Positions 61,751 to 64,000 of a DNA stretch of 64,000 nt are shown one piece after another. Origin of the DNA: an uncultured virus (IMG/VR IMGVR_UViG_3300035675_000007) (taxonomy: Duplodnaviria > Heunggongvirae > Uroviricota > Caudoviricetes). Both the position numbers and the translations under genes were made by a program. Position 1 is the first letter of the stretch. The number at the start of each line of letters is the position of its first letter. The stretch is from the IMG/VR virus record IMGVR_UViG_3300035675_000007, one strand, 5' to 3'. The notes below the pieces were generated by a model. The model saw nothing but the letters and a program-made list of their open reading frames with translations, was not told the origin of the DNA and made no database searches.

Positions 61751-62566
61751 ATGGCACGCAAGCAGGAACAACCACTCTCCGAGCAGGAGCAGCTGGAGAT
61801 CGAGAGCCCAAGCGACTACGGCTCCGACGAGCCGACACCCGAGGCCATCGTCGACGCCGAGGACGCGGTCGAGCGCAAGCGACCGTGGGCGAGCGATCCG
61901 TTCATCAACCTCAAGGGCAAGATGTATCTGCCGGCTCGCCGGCGCATCCAGTGGTTCCGTGGTGACATCGAGCCACATCCACTTTGGACGATCGACACCG
62001 TGGAGCTGCTCCACGAGCGAGGCAAGCGGATCTCACCGTCAAGGATCGAGGGCGGCTATGCCCTGATCCGGGCCGAGGTGCGTGATGACACCGGCAGGCT
62101 CATCGCCGCCGGGTCGAAGAGCGAGCACAGCGAGAACTTCCCCGACTACTACGAGAAGGCGGAGACAGGTGCAATCGCGCGTGCGCTGGCAGTCGCCGGA
62201 TACGGCACGGAGCTGGCGATGGACCTCGACGAAGGGGTCGCAGAGGACGGGTCGCTCCGGATCGCCGACAGCCCCGTCCAGGTCACAACATCCTCTGTTC
62301 CATCGGCAGGTCGGGGTGGACGAAGCACGACGCCGACCGAGGCCCACGTCCAGGAGATAGCGCGCCTCGCAGCGCGCCTCGGCCTGTCGGCCCGCGGGGT
62401 TGCCGACATGCTCAACTCCCTCCTCCCCGACAAGGTGAGCATCACGCTCGGGGATGATCCGGCTGAGGACTCGGCCACGATCAGGGCCTGGATCAGCAGG
62501 CTCTCCCCGGAAGAGGTGGCATTCGTCATCGACGCCATGCAGATGGCGATCAAGGCACGGCCATGA
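61751..62566 (+). CDS. Putative ssDNA-annealing recombinase (Rad52/Sak-like)
   Basis: LKGKMYLPARRRIQWFR...EKAETGAIARALAVAG.G; clustered with the exonuclease and SSB. Confidence 0.65.
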   Translation: MARKQEQPLSEQEQLEIESPSDYGSDEPTPEAIVDAEDAVERKRPWASDPFINLKGKMYLPARRRIQWFRGDIEPHPLWTIDTVELLHERGKRISPSRIEGGYALIRAEVRDDTGRLIAAGSKSEHSENFPDYYEKAETGAIARALAVAGYGTELAMDLDEGVAEDGSLRIADSPVQVTTSSVPSAGRGGRSTTPTEAHVQEIARLAARLGLSARGVADMLNSLLPDKVSITLGDDPAEDSATIRAWISRLSPEEVAFVIDAMQMAIKARP

Positions 62567-62567
62567 G

Positions 62568-62861
62568 ATGGAGATCACGCACTACGTTCTCGATGGACAC
62601 GAAGTACGAGAAGCCCCGCTGCGTGAGTGGGTGTCGTTCTTCGAGAACACGGACGCCCGCAGGGTAGCCCTCGACGTAATCGATAACACGAGCATCTCCA
62701 CCGTCTTCATCGGCGTGGACGAGACACAGCTGTTCGAGACGATGATCTTCGGCGGCGGATATCCGGATTTGTGCTGGCGATACGACACGTGGGACGAGGC
62801 CATGGAGGGCCACAGGGACATTGTTGCCCGCCTCCTGGTCGGCCTCCCACCGAGGAAGTGA
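62568..62861 (+). CDS. Conserved phage-type hypothetical protein
   Basis: RRVA...ISTVFIG...FETMIFGG...RY.TW.EA..GH motif. Confidence 0.65.
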   Translation: MEITHYVLDGHEVREAPLREWVSFFENTDARRVALDVIDNTSISTVFIGVDETQLFETMIFGGGYPDLCWRYDTWDEAMEGHRDIVARLLVGLPPRK

Positions 62862-62862
62862 G

Positions 62863-63057
62863 ATGACGAACGAGAAGAAGGTGTCTCCTCTCCGTCCCGG
62901 GAACGAGAGGGAGGAGCCGGAACCGCAACGGCTGACGTTCGGCATGCACAAGATCTGCACGACCTGCAAGGGGACCGGGCGGCTCGGGCGATCTGACAAG
63001 TCGTCCGCGTGCATGCACTGCAGCGGAAGGGGGTTCGTTCCCTATGCCGGAATGTAA
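62863..63057 (+). CDS. Small DnaJ-type zinc-finger protein
   Basis: CTTCKGTG...CMHCSGRG. Confidence 0.6.
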   Translation: MTNEKKVSPLRPGNEREEPEPQRLTFGMHKICTTCKGTGRLGRSDKSSACMHCSGRGFVPYAGM

Positions 63058-63568
63058 GCGCTGCTGCGTCTTCTACCGCAGCGGGTCGTATTACTCGCAT
63101 CGACGCTCAGACACGCACCGCGACACCCTGGCACATAACCAGGACCGATTCGGTGCGCTGACGGTCAGGTGCAAGATCTGCGAGGAGCCATATCCGACGG
63201 GGGGCTACTCCGAGCACGCCCAATGGGAGCAGCACGTCAGGCTCACGAAAGCCGGAAGCAGACGCCTGCTCCGGGGCATCGCGCTCGCTACCTACGCCAA
63301 TCGCCTGAGGAGGATCAGCGCTGCCGTCATGAGCGGAGTCACGATGGCGGAGGTAGGCAGGCAGTTCGGGATCACGAAGCAGCGCGTCCACCAGATCGCC
63401 AAGGATGCGCGGATCAAGAAGCCGATCTACGTCCGGCGAATACCAGCCACGAGGTGCTACCTCTGCGACGAGGCATTCACCTCGTGGTCAGACCACGCCA
63501 TTGGTCCAGAGCACATTCGTCGGAGGGACGAGATCGGAAACTTCATCCGGAAGTACCGTCCCTCATGA
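63044..63568 (+). CDS. Protein with three C2H2 (CxxC-x9-11-H-x5-H) zinc fingers and a sigma-region-4-like HTH
   Basis: CKRC..HRRSDTH, CKIC..HAQWEQH, CYLC..HAIGPEH; TMAEVGRQFGITKQRVHQI. Confidence 0.75.
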   Translation: MPECKRCCVFYRSGSYYSHRRSDTHRDTLAHNQDRFGALTVRCKICEEPYPTGGYSEHAQWEQHVRLTKAGSRRLLRGIALATYANRLRRISAAVMSGVTMAEVGRQFGITKQRVHQIAKDARIKKPIYVRRIPATRCYLCDEAFTSWSDHAIGPEHIRRRDEIGNFIRKYRPS

Positions 63569-63574
63569 ACGTGC

Positions 63575-63949
63575 CGGGGGCGCTGGGCTTAAGCGGGGCA
63601 CACGCCCCCCTTGCGGGGAGGCGTGGGTGCCGTACGGCCTTGGGGAATCGCGTACGCACCTTCCGAGAGGCTGGCCCCTGGTCTGCCTTTACGCCATCGC
63701 CTCTCGCGCCCGCTGTTCACCACAGCGCAGGACGGGGGTTCACGTGGAATCAGGGTGGTGCAAGCGCACCTCCGGGTCTATCTCCCGGCTCGTCCACGCC
63801 CGATGCACCACTTCGGCTTGCGCCTATCCTGGGCTTTACGGATGGAGTACGATATTCCTACATCGAGGATTGCGTGGAACCCTCGATGGGCTGGACCGCC
63901 GAGGCTGGAGAGCGCTTCGGCGGTCCTTTCTTTACGGGGCTCTCCAGCC
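63575..63949 (-). ncRNA. Candidate large structured non-coding RNA (~375 nt); strand tentative
   Basis: Many perfect helices; GCAA tetraloop and an internal G-U pair on the minus strand; -10-like TAGACT at 63960-63955 just upstream of the first helix. Confidence 0.5.
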
Positions 63950-64000
63950 GGCATAGTCTACGCCCCCGCCGGGGGCCGTACATGGCGATTCTGCAGCCGT

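Noticed and set aside
63893..63949. HDV-like (theta) ribozyme
   Set aside because: Only two interlocking helices; no P3, P1.1, P4 or J4/2 catalytic strand and no adjacent tRNA.
63405..63956. 183-aa plus-strand ORF over the terminal structured region
   Set aside because: It overlaps the zinc-finger gene out of frame, has atypical composition and no RBS; secondary structure explains the region better.
1..64000. Alternative genetic code or prophage boundaries
   Set aside because: Core genes are intact under code 11 with TAA, TAG and TGA all used as stops; no integrase, att-like site or host housekeeping genes were seen.

Overview
A 64-kb segment of a high-GC tailed dsDNA phage (Caudoviricetes, siphovirus-type). 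The host is uncertain; the sigma70-type promoters and an actinobacterial-type lytic transglycosylase suggest Actinomycetota or possibly Chloroflexota. Genes at 1-46.7 kb are on the minus strand. In transcription order they are small early/regulatory genes, a ParB-N protein, TerS, TerL and portal, then an ~18-kb insert, then a ChaB-fused prohead protease, major capsid protein, head-tail joining proteins, tail tube, a frameshifted G/GT chaperone, a 2509-aa tape measure protein and a >1300-aa tail-hub/adhesin that runs off the left edge (absent from the ORF track). The insert holds six glycosyltransferases, two NDP-sugar epimerase/dehydratases, a SAM methyltransferase and a 2928-aa lectin-domain fibre with ~90 14-aa repeats. 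Genes at 47-63.6 kb are on the plus strand: many small ORFs, a MoxR AAA+/VWA pair, a JAB/RadC protein, a Cas4-like PD-(D/E)XK nuclease, SSB, a putative ssDNA-annealing protein and a zinc-finger/HTH protein. The most notable signals are (1) a probable virion-glycosylation system wrapped around the giant fibre gene inside the head module, (2) three or four highly structured intergenic RNA candidates, two of them with their own promoter motifs opposite to local transcription, one next to a triple C2H2-finger/HTH gene, and (3) an 8-copy palindromic operator/iteron array at the strand switch beside a Phd-like gene. No integrase, tRNA, CRISPR array or reverse transcriptase was seen. All calls come from motif recognition by eye; no database searches or folding programs were run.
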